Of a stretch of DNA of 64,000 bases, positions 26,657 to 40,400 are shown in pieces. The stretch is from NCBI RefSeq assembly GCF_009914755.1, contig NC_060928.1. The stretch is one strand, 5' to 3'. This DNA comes from the human T2T-CHM13v2.0 reference genome, Homo sapiens. The translations under genes were made by a program, and so were the position numbers. The first letter of the stretch is position 1. Every line of letters starts with the position of its first letter. The notes under the pieces were generated by a model. The model had not been told where the DNA came from and did not search any database. It saw only the letters and a program-made list of their open reading frames with translations.

Positions 26657-28703
26657 GATCTGCAGGTGGATATTTGGATAGATTTTAAGATTTCGTTGGA
26701 AACGGGAGTTTCTTCATAGAAACTCAAGACAGATGCATTCTCAGAAACATCTCTGTGATGTTTGCATTCCACTCATAGATTTGAAAACTTCCTTTCATAG
26801 AGCAGGTTTGAAACACTCTTTTTGTAATATTTGGAAGTGGACATTTGCAGCGCTTTGAGGCCTATGGTGAAAAAGGAAATATCTTCTCATAAAAACCAGA
26901 AACAAGCATTCTCAGAAACTTCTTTTTGATGTGTGTACTCAAGTAACAGAGTTGAACCTTCCTTTTGACACAGCAGTTTTGAAACAATCTTTTTGTAGAA
27001 TCTGCAAGTGGATATTTGGATAGCTTTGAGGATTTCGTTGGAAACGGGATATCTTCATATAAAATCTAGACAGAAGCATTCTCAGAAACTTCTTTGTGCT
27101 GTATGTCCTCAATTAACAGAGTTGAACCATTGCTTGGATACAGCATTTTGGAAACATTCCTTGAGTAGAATCTGCAAGTTGATATTTAGATAGATTTGAA
27201 GATTTCGTTGGAAAAGGGAATATCTCCATAGAAAATCTAGAGGGAAGCATTCTCAGAAACTGCTTTGTGATGTTTCCATTCAAGTCACAGAGTTGAATAT
27301 TCCCTTTTATAGAGCACGTTTGAAACACTCTTTCTGCACTATCTGGAAGTGGACATTTCGAGCGCTTTGAGGCCTATGGTGAAAAAGGAAATATCTTCCC
27401 ATAAAAACTAGACAGAAGCATTCTCAGAAACTTGTTTGTGATGTGTGTATTCAACTAACAGAGTTGAACTTTTGTTTTTACAGAGCCGTTTTAAAACACT
27501 CTTTTTGTGGAATCAGAAAGTGGATATTCGGATGGCTCTGAGGATTTCGTTGGAAGCGGGATTACATATAAAATCTAGAGAGAAGCATTCTCAGGAACTT
27601 CTTTGTGATGTTTGCATTGAAGTCACAGAATTGAACATTCACTTTGATAGAGCAGGTTTGAAACACTCATTCTGTAGTATCTGGAAGTGGACATTTCAAG
27701 CGCTTTCAGGCCTATGGTGAGAAAGGAAATATCTTCGAATAAAAACTAGACAGAAGCATCCTCAGAAACTTATTTGTGATGTGTGTCCTCAACTAACAGA
27801 GTTGAAACTTTGTTTTGATACAGCATTTTGGAAACACTCTTTTTGTAGAATCTGCAGGTGGATATTTGGATAGCTTAGAGGGATTCGTTGGAAACCGGAA
27901 TATCTTCATATAAAATCAAGACAGAAGCATTCTCGGAAACATCTCTGTGATGTTTGCATTCAACTCAGTAGAGTTGAACACTTCCTTTCATAGAGCCGGT
28001 TTGAAACACTCTTTCTGCACTACCTGGAAGCGGACATTTCGAGCGCTTTGAGGCCTATGGTGAAAAAGGAAATATCTTCTCATAAAAACCAGAAAGAAGC
28101 ATTCTCAGAAACTTCTTTGTGTTGTGTGTACTCAAGTAACAGTGTTGAACCTTCCTTTTGACACAGCAGTTTTGAAACACTCTTTTGGTAGAATCTGCAA
28201 GTGGATATTTGGATAGCTTTGAGGATTTCGTTGGAAACGGGTTATCTTCATATAAAATCCAGACAGGAGCATTCTCAGAAACTTCTTTGTGCTGCATGTC
28301 CTCAATTCACAGAGCTGAACCTTTGTTTGGATACAGCATTTTGGAAACATTCCTTTAGTAGAATCTGCAAGTTGATATTTAGATAGCTTTGAAGATTTCG
28401 TTGGAAACGGGAATATCTTCATAGAACATCTAGACGGAAGCATTCTCAGAAACTGCTTTGTGATGTTTGCATTCAAGTCACAGAGTTGAATATTCCCTTT
28501 TATAGAGCAGGTTTGAAACACTCTTTCTCTAGTATCTGGAAGTGGGCATTTCAAGCGCTTTCAGGCCTATGGAGAGAAAGGAAATACCTTCAAATAAAAA
28601 CTAGACAGAAGCATTCTCAGAAACTTATTTGTGATGTGTGTCCTCAACTAACAGAGTTGAACCTTTGTTTTGATACAGCATTTTGGAAACACTCCTTTTG
28701 TAG
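26657..28703 (+). repeat. Compound 12-mer variant (2047 bp): m3-m10/m15-m19/m14-m15/m3
   Basis: Marker spacing 27008 to 29055 is 2047 bp (3232-849-336). Junctions lie at 27884-27894 (m10/m15), 28502-28507 (m19/m14) and 28655-28703 (m15/m3). Confidence 0.9.
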
Positions 28704-31478
28704 GATCTGCAGGTGGATATTTGGATAGATTTTAAGATTTCGTTGGAAACGGGAGTTTCTTCATAGAAACTCAAGACAGATGCATTCTCAGAAACATCTC
28801 TGTGATGTTTGCATTCCACTCATAGAGTTGAAAACTTCCTTTCATAGAGCAGGTTTGAAACACTCTTTTTGTAATATTTGGAAGTGGACATTTGCAGCGC
28901 TTTGAGGCCTATGGTGAAAAAGGAAATATCTTCTCATAAAAACCAGAAACAAGCATTCTCAGAAACTTCTTTTTGATGTGTGTACTCAAGTAACAGAGTT
29001 GAACCTTCCTTTTGACACAGCAGTTTTGAAACAATCTTTTTGTAGAATCTGCAAGTGGATATTTGGATAGCTTTGAGGATTTCGTTGGAAACGGGATATC
29101 TTCATATAAAATCTAGACAGAAGCATTCTCAGAAACTTCTTTGTGCTGTATGTCCTCAATTAACAGAGTTGAACCATTGCTTGGATACAGCATTTTGGAA
29201 ACATTCCTTGAGTAGAATCTGCAAGTTGATATTTAGATAGATTTGAAGATTTCGTTGGAAAAGGGAATATCTCCATAGAAAATCTAGAGGGAAGCATTCT
29301 CAGAAACTGCTTTGTGATGTTTCCATTCAAGTCACAGAGTTGAATATTCCCTTTTATAGAGCACGTTTGAAACACTCTTTCTGCACTATCTGGAAGTGGA
29401 CATTTCGAGCGCTTTGAGGCCTATGGTGAAAAAGGAAATATCTTCCCATAAAAACTAGACAGAAGCATTCTCAGAAACTTGTTTGTGATGTGTGTATTCA
29501 ACTAACAGAGTTGAACTTTTGTTTTTACAGAGCCGTTTTAAAACACTCTTTTTGTGGAATCAGAAAGTGGATATTCGGATGGCTCTGAGGATTTCGTTGG
29601 AAGCGGGATTACATATAAAATCTAGAGAGAAGCATTCTCAGGAACTTCTTTGTGATGTTTGCATTGAAGTCACAGAATTGAACATTCACTTTGATAGAGC
29701 AGGTTTGAAACACTCATTCTGTAGTATCTGGAAGTGGACATTTCAAGCGCTTTCAGGCCTATGGTGAGAAAGGAAATATCTTCGAATAAAAACTAGACAG
29801 AAGCATCCTCAGAAACTTATTTGTGATGTGTGTCCTCAACTAACAGAGTTGAAACTTTGTTTTGATACAGCATTTTGGAAACACTCTTTTTGTAGAATCT
29901 GCAGGTGGATATTTGGATAGCTTAGAGGGATTCGTTGGAAAGGGGATATCTTCATATAAAATCTAGACAGAAGCATTCTCAGAAACTTATTTGTGATGTG
30001 TGTCCTCAACTAACAGAGTTGAACCTTGGTTTTGATACAGCATTTTGGAAACACTCCTTTTGTAGAATCTGCAGGTGGATATGTGGATAGCTCTGAAGAT
30101 TTCGTTGGAAACGGGAATTTCTTCATATAAAATCAAACAGAAGCATTCTCAGAAACTTCTCAGTGATGTTTGCATTCAGCTCATGGAGTTGAACACTTCC
30201 TTTCATAGAGCCGGATTGAAACACTCTTTCTGCACTACCTGGAAGAGGACATTTCGAGCGCTTTGAGTCCTATGGTGAAAAAGGAAATATCTTCTCATAA
30301 AAACCAGAAAGAAGCATTCTCAGAAACTTCTTTGTGTTGTGTGTACTCATGTAACAGTGTTGAACCATCCTTTTGACAGAGCAGTTTTGAAACACTCTTT
30401 TTGTAGAATCTGCAAGTGGATATTTGGATAGCTTTGAGGATTTCGTTGGAAACGGGATGACATATAATCTCTAGAGAGAAGCATACTCAGGAACTTCTTT
30501 GTGATGTTTGCATTCAAGTCACAGAATTGAACATTCCCTTTCATAGAGCAGGTTTGAAACACTCTTTCTCTAGTATCTGGAAGTGGGCATTTCAAGCGCT
30601 TTCAGGCCTATGGAGAGAAAGGAAATACCTTCAAATAAAAACTAGACAGAAGCATTCTCAGAAACTTATTTGTGATGTGTGTCCTCAACTAACAGAGTTG
30701 AACCTTTGTTTTGATACAGCATTTTGGAAACACTCCTTTTGTAGAATCTGCAGGTGGATATTTGGATAACTTTGAAGATTTCGTTGGAAACCGGAATATC
30801 TTCATATAAAATCAAGACAGAAGCATTCTCGGAAACATCTCTGTGATGTTTGCATTCAACTCAGTAGAGTTGAACACTTCCTTTCATAGAGCAGGTTTGA
30901 AACACTCTTTCTGCACTACCTGGAAGCGGACATTTCGAGCGCTTTGAGGCCTATGGTGAAAAAGGAAATATCTTCTCATAAAAACCAGAAAGAAGCATTC
31001 TCAGAAACTTCTTTGTGTTGTGTGTACTCAAGTAACAGTGTTGAACCTTCCTTTTGACACAGCAGTTTTGAAACACTCTTTTGGTAGAATCTGCAAGTGG
31101 ATATTTGGATAGCTTTGAGGATTTCGTTGGAAACGGGTTATCTTCATATAAAATCCAGACAGGAGCATTCTCAGAAACTTCTTTGTGCTGCATGTCCTCA
31201 ATTCACAGAGCTGAACCTTTGTTTGGATACAGCATTTTGGAAACATTCCTTTAGTAGAATCTGCAAGTTGATATTTAGATAGCTTTGAAGATTTCGTTGG
31301 AAACGGGAATATCTTCATAGAAAATCTAGACGGAAGCATTCTCAGAAACTGCTTTGTGATGTTTGCATTCAAGTCACAGAGTTGAATATTCCCTTTTATA
31401 GAGTAGGTTTGAAACACTCTTTCGGCACTACCTGGAAGTGGATATTTCGAGCTCTTTGAGGCCTATGGTTAAAAGGAA
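28704..31478 (+). repeat. HOR copy m3-m19 restoring the canonical register
   Basis: Marker spacing 29055 to 32287 is 3232 bp. Confidence 0.92.
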
Positions 31479-34400
31479 ATATCTTCCCATAAAAACTAGA
31501 CAGAAGCCGTCTCAGAAACTTGTTTGTGATGTGTGTATTCAACTACCAGAGTTGAACATTTCTGTTACAGAGCAATTTTAAAACACTCTTTTTGTGGAAT
31601 CTGAAAGTGGATAATTGGATAGCTTTGTGGATTTCGTTGGAAACGGGATGACGTATAAAATCTAGAGAGAAGCATTCTCAGGAACTTCTTTCTGATGTTT
31701 GCATTCAAGTCACAGAATTGAACATTCCTTTTCATAGTGCAGGTTTGAAACACTCTTTCTGTAGTATCTGGAAGTGGACATTTCAAGCGCTTTCAGGCCT
31801 ACGGGGAGAAAGGAAATATCTTCAAATAAAAACTAGACAGAAGGATTCTCAGAAACTTATTTGTGATGTGTGTCCTAAACGAACACAGTTGAACCTTTGT
31901 TTTGATACAGCATTTTGGAAACACTCCTTTTGTAGGATCTGCAGGTGGATATTTGGATAGATTTTAAGATTTCGTTGGAAACGGGAGTTTCTTCATAGAA
32001 ACTCAAGACAGATGCATTCTCAGAAACATCTCTGTGATGTTTGCATTCCACTCATAGAGTTGAAAACTTCCTTTCATAGAGCAGGTTTGAAACACTCTTT
32101 TTGTAATATTTGGAAGTGGACATTTGCAGCGCTTTGAGGCCTATGGTGAAAAAGGAAATATCTTCTCATAAAAACCAGAAACAAGCATTCTCAGAAACTT
32201 CTTTTTGATGTGTGTACTCAAGTAACAGAGTTGAACCTTCCTTTTGACACAGCAGTTTTGAAACAATCTTTTTGTAGAATCTGCAAGTGGATATTTGGAT
32301 AGCTTTGAGGATTTCGTTGGAAACGGGATATCTTCATATAAAATCTAGACAGAAGCATTCTCAGAAACTTCTTTGTGCTGTATGTCCTCAATTAACAGAG
32401 TTGAACCATTGCTTGGATACAGCATTTTGGAAACATTCCTTGAGTAGAATCTGCAAGTTGATATTTAGATAGATTTGAAGATTTCGTTGGAAAAGGGAAT
32501 ATCTCCATAGAAAATCTAGAGGGAAGCATTCTCAGAAACTGCTTTGTGATGTTTCCATTCAAGTCACAGAGTTGAATATTCCCTTTTATAGAGCACGTTT
32601 GAAACACTCTTTCTGCACTATCTGGAAGTGGACATTTCGAGCGCTTTGAGGCCTATGGTGAAAAAGGAAATATCTTCCCATAAAAACTAGACAGAAGCAT
32701 TCTCAGAAACTTGTTTGTGATGTGTGTATTCAACTAACAGAGTTGAACTTTTGTTTTTACAGAGCCGTTTTAAAACACTCTTTTTGTGGAATCAGAAAGT
32801 GGATATTCGGATGGCTCTGAGGATTTCGTTGGAAGCGGGATTACATATAAAATCTAGAGAGAAGCATTCTCAGGAACTTCTTTGTGATGTTTGCATTGAA
32901 GTCACAGAATTGAACATTCACTTTGATAGAGCAGGTTTGAAACACTCATTCTGTAGTATCTGGAAGTGGACATTTCAAGCGCTTTCAGGCCTATGGTGAG
33001 AAAGGAAATATCTTCGAATAAAAACTAGACAGAAGCATCCTCAGAAACTTATTTGTGATGTGTGTCCTCAACTAACAGAGTTGAAACTTTGTTTTGATAC
33101 AGCATTTTGGAAACACTCTTTTTGTAGAATCTGCAGGTGGATATTTGGATAGCTTAGAGGGATTCGTTGGAAAGGGGATATCTTCATATAAAATCTAGAC
33201 AGAAGCATTCTCAGAAACTTATTTGTGATGTGTGTCCTCAACTAACAGAGTTGAACCTTGGTTTTGATACAGCATTTTGGAAACACTCCTTTTGTAGAAT
33301 CTGCAGGTGGATATGTGGATAGCTCTGAAGATTTCGTTGGAAACGGGAATTTCTTCATATAAAATCAAACAGAAGCATTCTCAGAAACTTCTCAGTGATG
33401 TTTGCATTCAGCTCATGGAGTTGAACACTTCCTTTCATAGAGCCGGTTTGAAACACTCTTTCTGCACTACCTGGAAGAGGACATTTCGAGCGCTTTGAGT
33501 CCTATGGTGAAAAAGGAAATATCTTCTCATAAAAACCAGAAAGAAGCATTCTCAGAAACTTCTTTGTGTTGTGTGTACTCATGTAACAGTGTTGAACCAT
33601 CCTTTTGACAGAGCAGTTTTGAAACACTCTTTTTGTAGAATCTGCAAGTGGATATTTGGATAGCTTTGAGGATTTCGTTGGAAACGGGATGACATATAAT
33701 CTCTAGAGAGAAGCATACTCAGGAACTTCTTTGTGATGTTTGCATTCAAGTCACAGAATTGAACATTCCCTTTCATAGAGCAGGTTTGAAACACTCTTTC
33801 TCTAGTATCTGGAAGTGGGCATTTCAAGCGCTTTCAGGCCTATGGAGAGAAAGGAAATACCTTCAAATAAAAACTAGACAGAAGCATTCTCAGAAACTTA
33901 TTTGTGATGTGTGTCCTCAACTAACAGAGTTGAACCTTTGTTTTGATACAGCATTTTGGAAACACTCCTTTTGTAGAATCTGCAGGTGGATATTTGGATA
34001 ACTTTGAAGATTTCGTTGGAAACCGGAATATCTTCATATAAAATCAAGACAGAAGCATTCTCGGAAACATCTCTGTGATGTTTGCATTCAACTCAGTAGA
34101 GTTGAACACTTCCTTTCATAGAGCCGGTTTGAAACACTCTTTCTGCACTACCTGGAAGCGGACATTTCGAGCGCTTTGAGGCCTATGGTGAAAAAGGAAA
34201 TATCTTCTCATAAAAACCAGAAAGAAGCATTCTCAGAAACTTCTTTGTGTTGTGTGTACTCAAGTAACAGTGTTGAACCTTCCTTTTGACACAGCAGTTT
34301 TGAAACACTCTTTTGGTAGAATCTGCAAGTGGATATTTGGATAGCTTTGAGGATTTCGTTGGAAACGGGTTATCTTCATATAAAATCCAGACAGGAGCAT

Positions 34401-37400
34401 TCTCAGAAACTTCTTTGTGCTGCATGTCCTCAATTCACAGAGCTGAACCTTTGTTTGGATACAGCATTTTGGAAACATTCCTTTAGTAGAATCTGCAAGT
34501 TGATATTTAGATAGCTTTGAAGATTTCGTTGGAAACGGGAATATCTTCATAGAAAATCTAGACGGAAGCATTCTCAGAAACTGCTTTGTGATGTTTGCAT
34601 TCAAGTCACAGAGTTGAATATTCCCTTTTATAGAGTAGGTTTGAAACACTCTTTCGGCACTACCTGGAAGTGGATATTTCGAGCTCTTTGAGGCCTATGG
34701 TTAAAAGGAAATATCTTCCCATAAAAACTAGACAGAAGCCGTCTCAGAAACTTGTTTGTGATGTGTGTATTCAACTAACAGAGTTGAACATTTCTGTTAC
34801 AGAGCAATTTTAAAACACTCTTTTTGTGGAATCTGAAAGTGGATAATTGGATAGCTTTGTGGATTTCGTTGGAAACGGGATGACGTATAAAATCTAGAGA
34901 GAAGCATTCTCAGGAACTTCTTTCTGATGTTTGCATTCAAGTCACAGAATTGAACATTCCTTTTCATAGTGCAGGTTTGAAACACTCTTTCTGTAGTATC
35001 TGGAAGTGGACATTTCAAGCGCTTTCAGGCCTACGGGGAGAAAGGAAATATCTTCAAATAAAAACTAGACAGAAGGATTCTCAGAAACTTATTTGTGATG
35101 TGTGTCCTAAACGAACACAGTTGAACCTTTGTTTTGATACAGCATTTTGGAAACACTCCTTTTGTAGGATCTGCAGGTGGATATTTGGATAGATTTTAAG
35201 ATTTCGTTGGAAACGGGAGTTTCTTCATAGAAACTCAAGACAGATGCATTCTCAGAAACATCTCTGTGATGTTTGCATTCCACTCATAGATTTGAAAACT
35301 TCCTTTCATAGAGCAGGTTTGAAACACTCTTTTTGTAATATTTGGAAGTGGACATTTGCAGCGCTTTGAGGCCTATGGTGAAAAAGGAAATATCTTCTCA
35401 TAAAAACCAGAAACAAGCATTCTCAGAAACTTCTTTTTGATGTGTGTACTCAAGTAACAGAGTTGAACCTTCCTTTTGACACAGCAGTTTTGAAACAATC
35501 TTTTTGTAGAATCTGCAAGTGGATATTTGGATAGCTTTGAGGATTTCGTTGGAAACGGGATATCTTCATATAAAATCTAGACAGAAGCATTCTCAGAAAC
35601 TTCTTTGTGCTGTATGTCCTCAATTAACAGAGTTGAACCATTGCTTGGATACAGCATTTTGGAAACATTCCTTGAGTAGAATCTGCAAGTTGATATTTAG
35701 ATAGATTTGAAGATTTCGTTGGAAAAGGGAATATCTCCATAGAAAATCTAGAGGGAAGCATTCTCAGAAACTGCTTTGTGATGTTTCCATTCAAGTCACA
35801 GAGTTGAATATTCCCTTTTATAGAGCACGTTTGAAACACTCTTTCTGCACTATCTGGAAGTGGACATTTCGAGCGCTTTGAGGCCTATGGTGAAAAAGGA
35901 AATATCTTCCCATAAAAACTAGACAGAAGCATTCTCAGAAACTTGTTTGTGATGTGTGTATTCAACTAACAGAGTTGAACTTTTGTTTTTACAGAGCCGT
36001 TTTAAAACACTCTTTTTGTGGAATCAGAAAGTGGATATTCGGATGGCTCTGAGGATTTCGTTGGAAGCGGGATTACATATAAAATCTAGAGAGAAGCATT
36101 CTCAGGAACTTCTTTGTGATGTTTGCATTGAAGTCACAGAATTGAACATTCACTTTGATAGAGCAGGTTTGAAACACTCATTCTGTAGTATCTGGAAGTG
36201 GACATTTCAAGCGCTTTCAGGCCTATGGTGAGAAAGGAAATATCTTCGAATAAAAACTAGACAGAAGCATCCTCAGAAACTTATTTGTGATGTGTGTCCT
36301 CAACTAACAGAGTTGAAACTTTGTTTTGATACAGCATTTTGGAAACACTCTTTTTGTAGAATCTGCAGGTGGATATTTGGATAGCTTAGAGGGATTCGTT
36401 GGAAAGGGGATATCTTCATATAAAATCTAGACAGAAGCATTCTCAGAAACTTATTTGTGATGTGTGTCCTCAACTAACAGAGTTGAACCTTGGTTTTGAT
36501 ACAGCATTTTGGAAACACTCCTTTTGTAGAATCTGCAGGTGGATATGTGGATAGCTCTGAAGATTTCGTTGGAAACGGGAATTTCTTCATATAAAATCAA
36601 ACAGAAGCATTCTCAGAAACTTCTCAGTGATGTTTGCATTCAGCTCATGGAGTTGAACACTTCCTTTCATAGAGCCGGATTGAAACACTCTTTCTGCACT
36701 ACCTGGAAGAGGACATTTCGAGCGCTTTGAGTCCTATGGTGAAAAAGGAAATATCTTCTCATAAAAACCAGAAAGAAGCATTCTCAGAAACTTCTTTGTG
36801 TTGTGTGTACTCATGTAACAGTGTTGAACCATCCTTTTGACAGAGCAGTTTTGAAACACTCTTTTTGTAGAATCTGCAAGTGGATATTTGGATAGCTTTG
36901 AGGATTTCGTTGGAAACGGGATGACATATAATCTCTAGAGAGAAGCATACTCAGGAACTTCTTTGTGATGTTTGCATTCAAGTCACAGAATTGAACATTC
37001 CCTTTCATAGAGCAGGTTTGAAACACTCTTTCTCTAGTATCTGGAAGTGGGCATTTCAAGCGCTTTCAGGCCTATGGAGAGAAAGGAAATACCTTCAAAT
37101 AAAAACTAGACAGAAGCATTCTCAGAAACTTATTTGTGATGTGTGTCCTCAACTAACAGAGTTGAACCTTTGTTTTGATACAGCATTTTGGAAACACTCC
37201 TTTTGTAGAATCTGCAGGTGGATATTTGGATAACTTTGAAGATTTCGTTGGAAACCGGAATATCTTCATATAAAATCAAGACAGAAGCATTCTCGGAAAC
37301 ATCTCTGTGATGTTTGCATTCAACTCAGTAGAGTTGAACACTTCCTTTCATAGAGCAGGTTTGAAACACTCTTTCTGCACTACCTGGAAGCGGACATTTC

Positions 37401-40400
37401 GAGCGCTTTGAGGCCTATGGTGAAAAAGGAAATATCTTCTCATAAAAACCAGAAAGAAGCATTCTCAGAAACTTCTTTGTGTTGTGTGTACTCAAGTAAC
37501 AGTGTTGAACCTTCCTTTTGACACAGCAGTTTTGAAACACTCTTTTGGTAGAATCTGCAAGTGGATATTTGGATAGCTTTGAGGATTTCGTTGGAAACGG
37601 GTTATCTTCATATAAAATCCAGACAGGAGCATTCTCAGAAACTTCTTTGTGCTGCATGTCCTCAATTCACAGAGCTGAACCTTTGTTTGGATACAGCATT
37701 TTGGAAACATTCCTTTAGTAGAATCTGCAAGTTGATATTTAGATAGCTTTGAAGATTTCGTTGGAAACGGGAATATCTTCATAGAAAATCTAGACGGAAG
37801 CATTCTCAGAAACTGCTTTGTGATGTTTGCATTCAAGTCACAGAGTTGAATATTCCCTTTTATAGAGTAGGTTTGAAACACTCTTTCGGCACTACCTGGA
37901 AGTGGATATTTCGAGCTCTTTGAGGCCTATGGTTAAAAGGAAATATCTTCCCATAAAAACTAGACAGAAGCCGTCTCAGAAACTTGTTTGTGATGTGTGT
38001 ATTCAACTAACAGAGTTGAACATTTCTGTTACAGAGCAATTTTAAAACACTCTTTTTGTGGAATCTGAAAGTGGATAATTGGATAGCTTTGTGGATTTCG
38101 TTGGAAACGGGATGACGTATAAAATCTAGAGAGAAGCATTCTCAGGAACTTCTTTCTGATGTTTGCATTCAAGTCACAGAATTGAACATTCCTTTTCATA
38201 GTGCAGGTTTGAAACACTCTTTCTGTAGTATCTGGAAGTGGACATTTCAAGCGCTTTCAGGCCTACGGGGAGAAAGGAAATATCTTCAAATAAAAACTAG
38301 ACAGAAGGATTCTCAGAAACTTATTTGTGATGTGTGTCCTAAACGAACACAGTTGAACCTTTGTTTTGATACAGCATTTTGGAAACACTCCTTTTGTAGG
38401 ATCTGCAGGTGGATATTTGGATAGATTTTAAGATTTCGTTGGAAACGGGAGTTTCTTCATAGAAACTCAAGACAGATGCATTCTCAGAAACATCTCTGTG
38501 ATGTTTGCATTCCACTCATAGAGTTGAAAACTTCCTTTCATAGAGCAGGTTTGAAACACTCTTTTTGTAATATTTGGAACTGGACATTTGCAGCACTTTG
38601 AGGCCTATGGTGAAAAAGGAAATATCTTCTCATAAAAACCAGAAACAAGCATTCTCAGAAACTTCTTTTTGATGTGTGTACTCAAGTAACAGAGTTGAAC
38701 CTTCCTTTTGACACAGCAGTTTTGAAACAATCTTTTTGTAGAATCTGCAAGTGGATATTTGGATAGCTTTGAGGATTTCGTTGGAAACGGGATATCTTCA
38801 TATAAAATCTAGACAGAAGCATTCTCAGAAACTTCTTTGTGCTGTATGCCCTCAATTAACAGAGTTGAACCATTGCTTGGATACAGCATTTTGGAAACAT
38901 TCCTTGAGTAGATTCTGCAAGTTGATATTTAGATAGATTTGAAGATTTCATTGGAAAAGGGAATATCTCCATATAAAATCTAGAGGGAAGCATTCTCAGA
39001 AACTGCTTTGTGATGTTTCCATTCAAGTCACAGAGTTGAATATTCCCTTTTATAGAGCACGTTTGAAACACTCTTTCTGCACTATCTGGAAGTGGACATT
39101 TCGAGCGCTTTGAGGCCTATGGTGAAAAAGGAAATATCTTCCCATAAAAACTAGACAGAAGCATTCTCAGAAACTTGTTTGTGATGTGTGTATTCAACTA
39201 ACAGAGTTGAACTTTTGTTTTTACAGAGCCGTTTTAAAACACTCTTTTTGTGGAATCAGAAAGTGGATATTCGGATGGCTCTGAGGATTTCGTTGGAAGC
39301 GGGATTACATATAAAATCTAGAGAGAAGCATTCTCAGGAACTTCTTTGTGATGTTTGCATTGAAGTCACAGAATTGAACATTCACTTTGATAGAGCAGGT
39401 TTGAAACACTCATTCTGTAGTATCTGGAAGTGGACATTTCAAGCGCTTTCAGGCCTATGGTGAGAAAGGAAATATCTTCGAATAAAAACTAGACAGAAGC
39501 ATCCTCAGAAACTTATTTGTGATGTGTGTCCTCAACTAACAGAGTTGAAACTTTGTTTTGATACAGCATTTTGGAAACACTCTTTTTGTAGAATCTGCAG
39601 GTGGATATTTGGATAGCTTAGAGGGATTCGTTGGAAAGGGGATATCTTCATATAAAATCTAGACAGAAGCATTCTCAGAAACTTATTTGTGATGTGTGTC
39701 CTCAACTAACAGAGTTGAACCTTGGTTTTGATACAGCATTTTGGAAACACTCCTTTTGTAGAATCTGCAGGTGGATATGTGGATAGCTCTGAAGATTTCG
39801 TTGGAAACGGGAATTTCTTCATATAAAATCAAACAGAAGCATTCTCAGAAACTTCTCAGTGATGTTTGCATTCAGCTCATGGAGTTGAACACTTCCTTTC
39901 ATAGAGCCGGTTTGAAACACTCTTTCTGCACTACCTGGAAGAGGACATTTCGAGCGCTTTGAGTCCTATGGTGAAAAAGGAAATATCTTCTCATAAAAAC
40001 CAGAAAGAAGCATTCTCAGAAACTTCTTTGTGTTGTGTGTACTCATGTAACAGTGTTGAACCATCCTTTTGACAGAGCAGTTTTGAAACACTCTTTTTGT
40101 AGAATCTGCAAGTGGATATTTGGATAGCTTTGAGGATTTCGTTGGAAACGGGATGACATATAATCTCTAGAGAGAAGCATACTCAGGAACTTCTTTGTGA
40201 TGTTTGCATTCAAGTCACAGAATTGAACATTCCCTTTCATAGAGCAGGTTTGAAACACTCTTTCTCTAGTATCTGGAAGTGGGCATTTCAAGCGCTTTCA
40301 GGCCTATGGAGAGAAAGGAAATACCTTCAAATAAAAACTAGACAGAAGCATTCTCAGAAACTTATTTGTGATGTGTGTCCTCAACTAACAGAGTTGAACC

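Noticed and set aside
28132-28554. Longest ORF (140 aa), unique in the window
   Set aside because: It is the 129-aa artefact ORF extended by the m19/m14 junction, and is useful only as a breakpoint marker.
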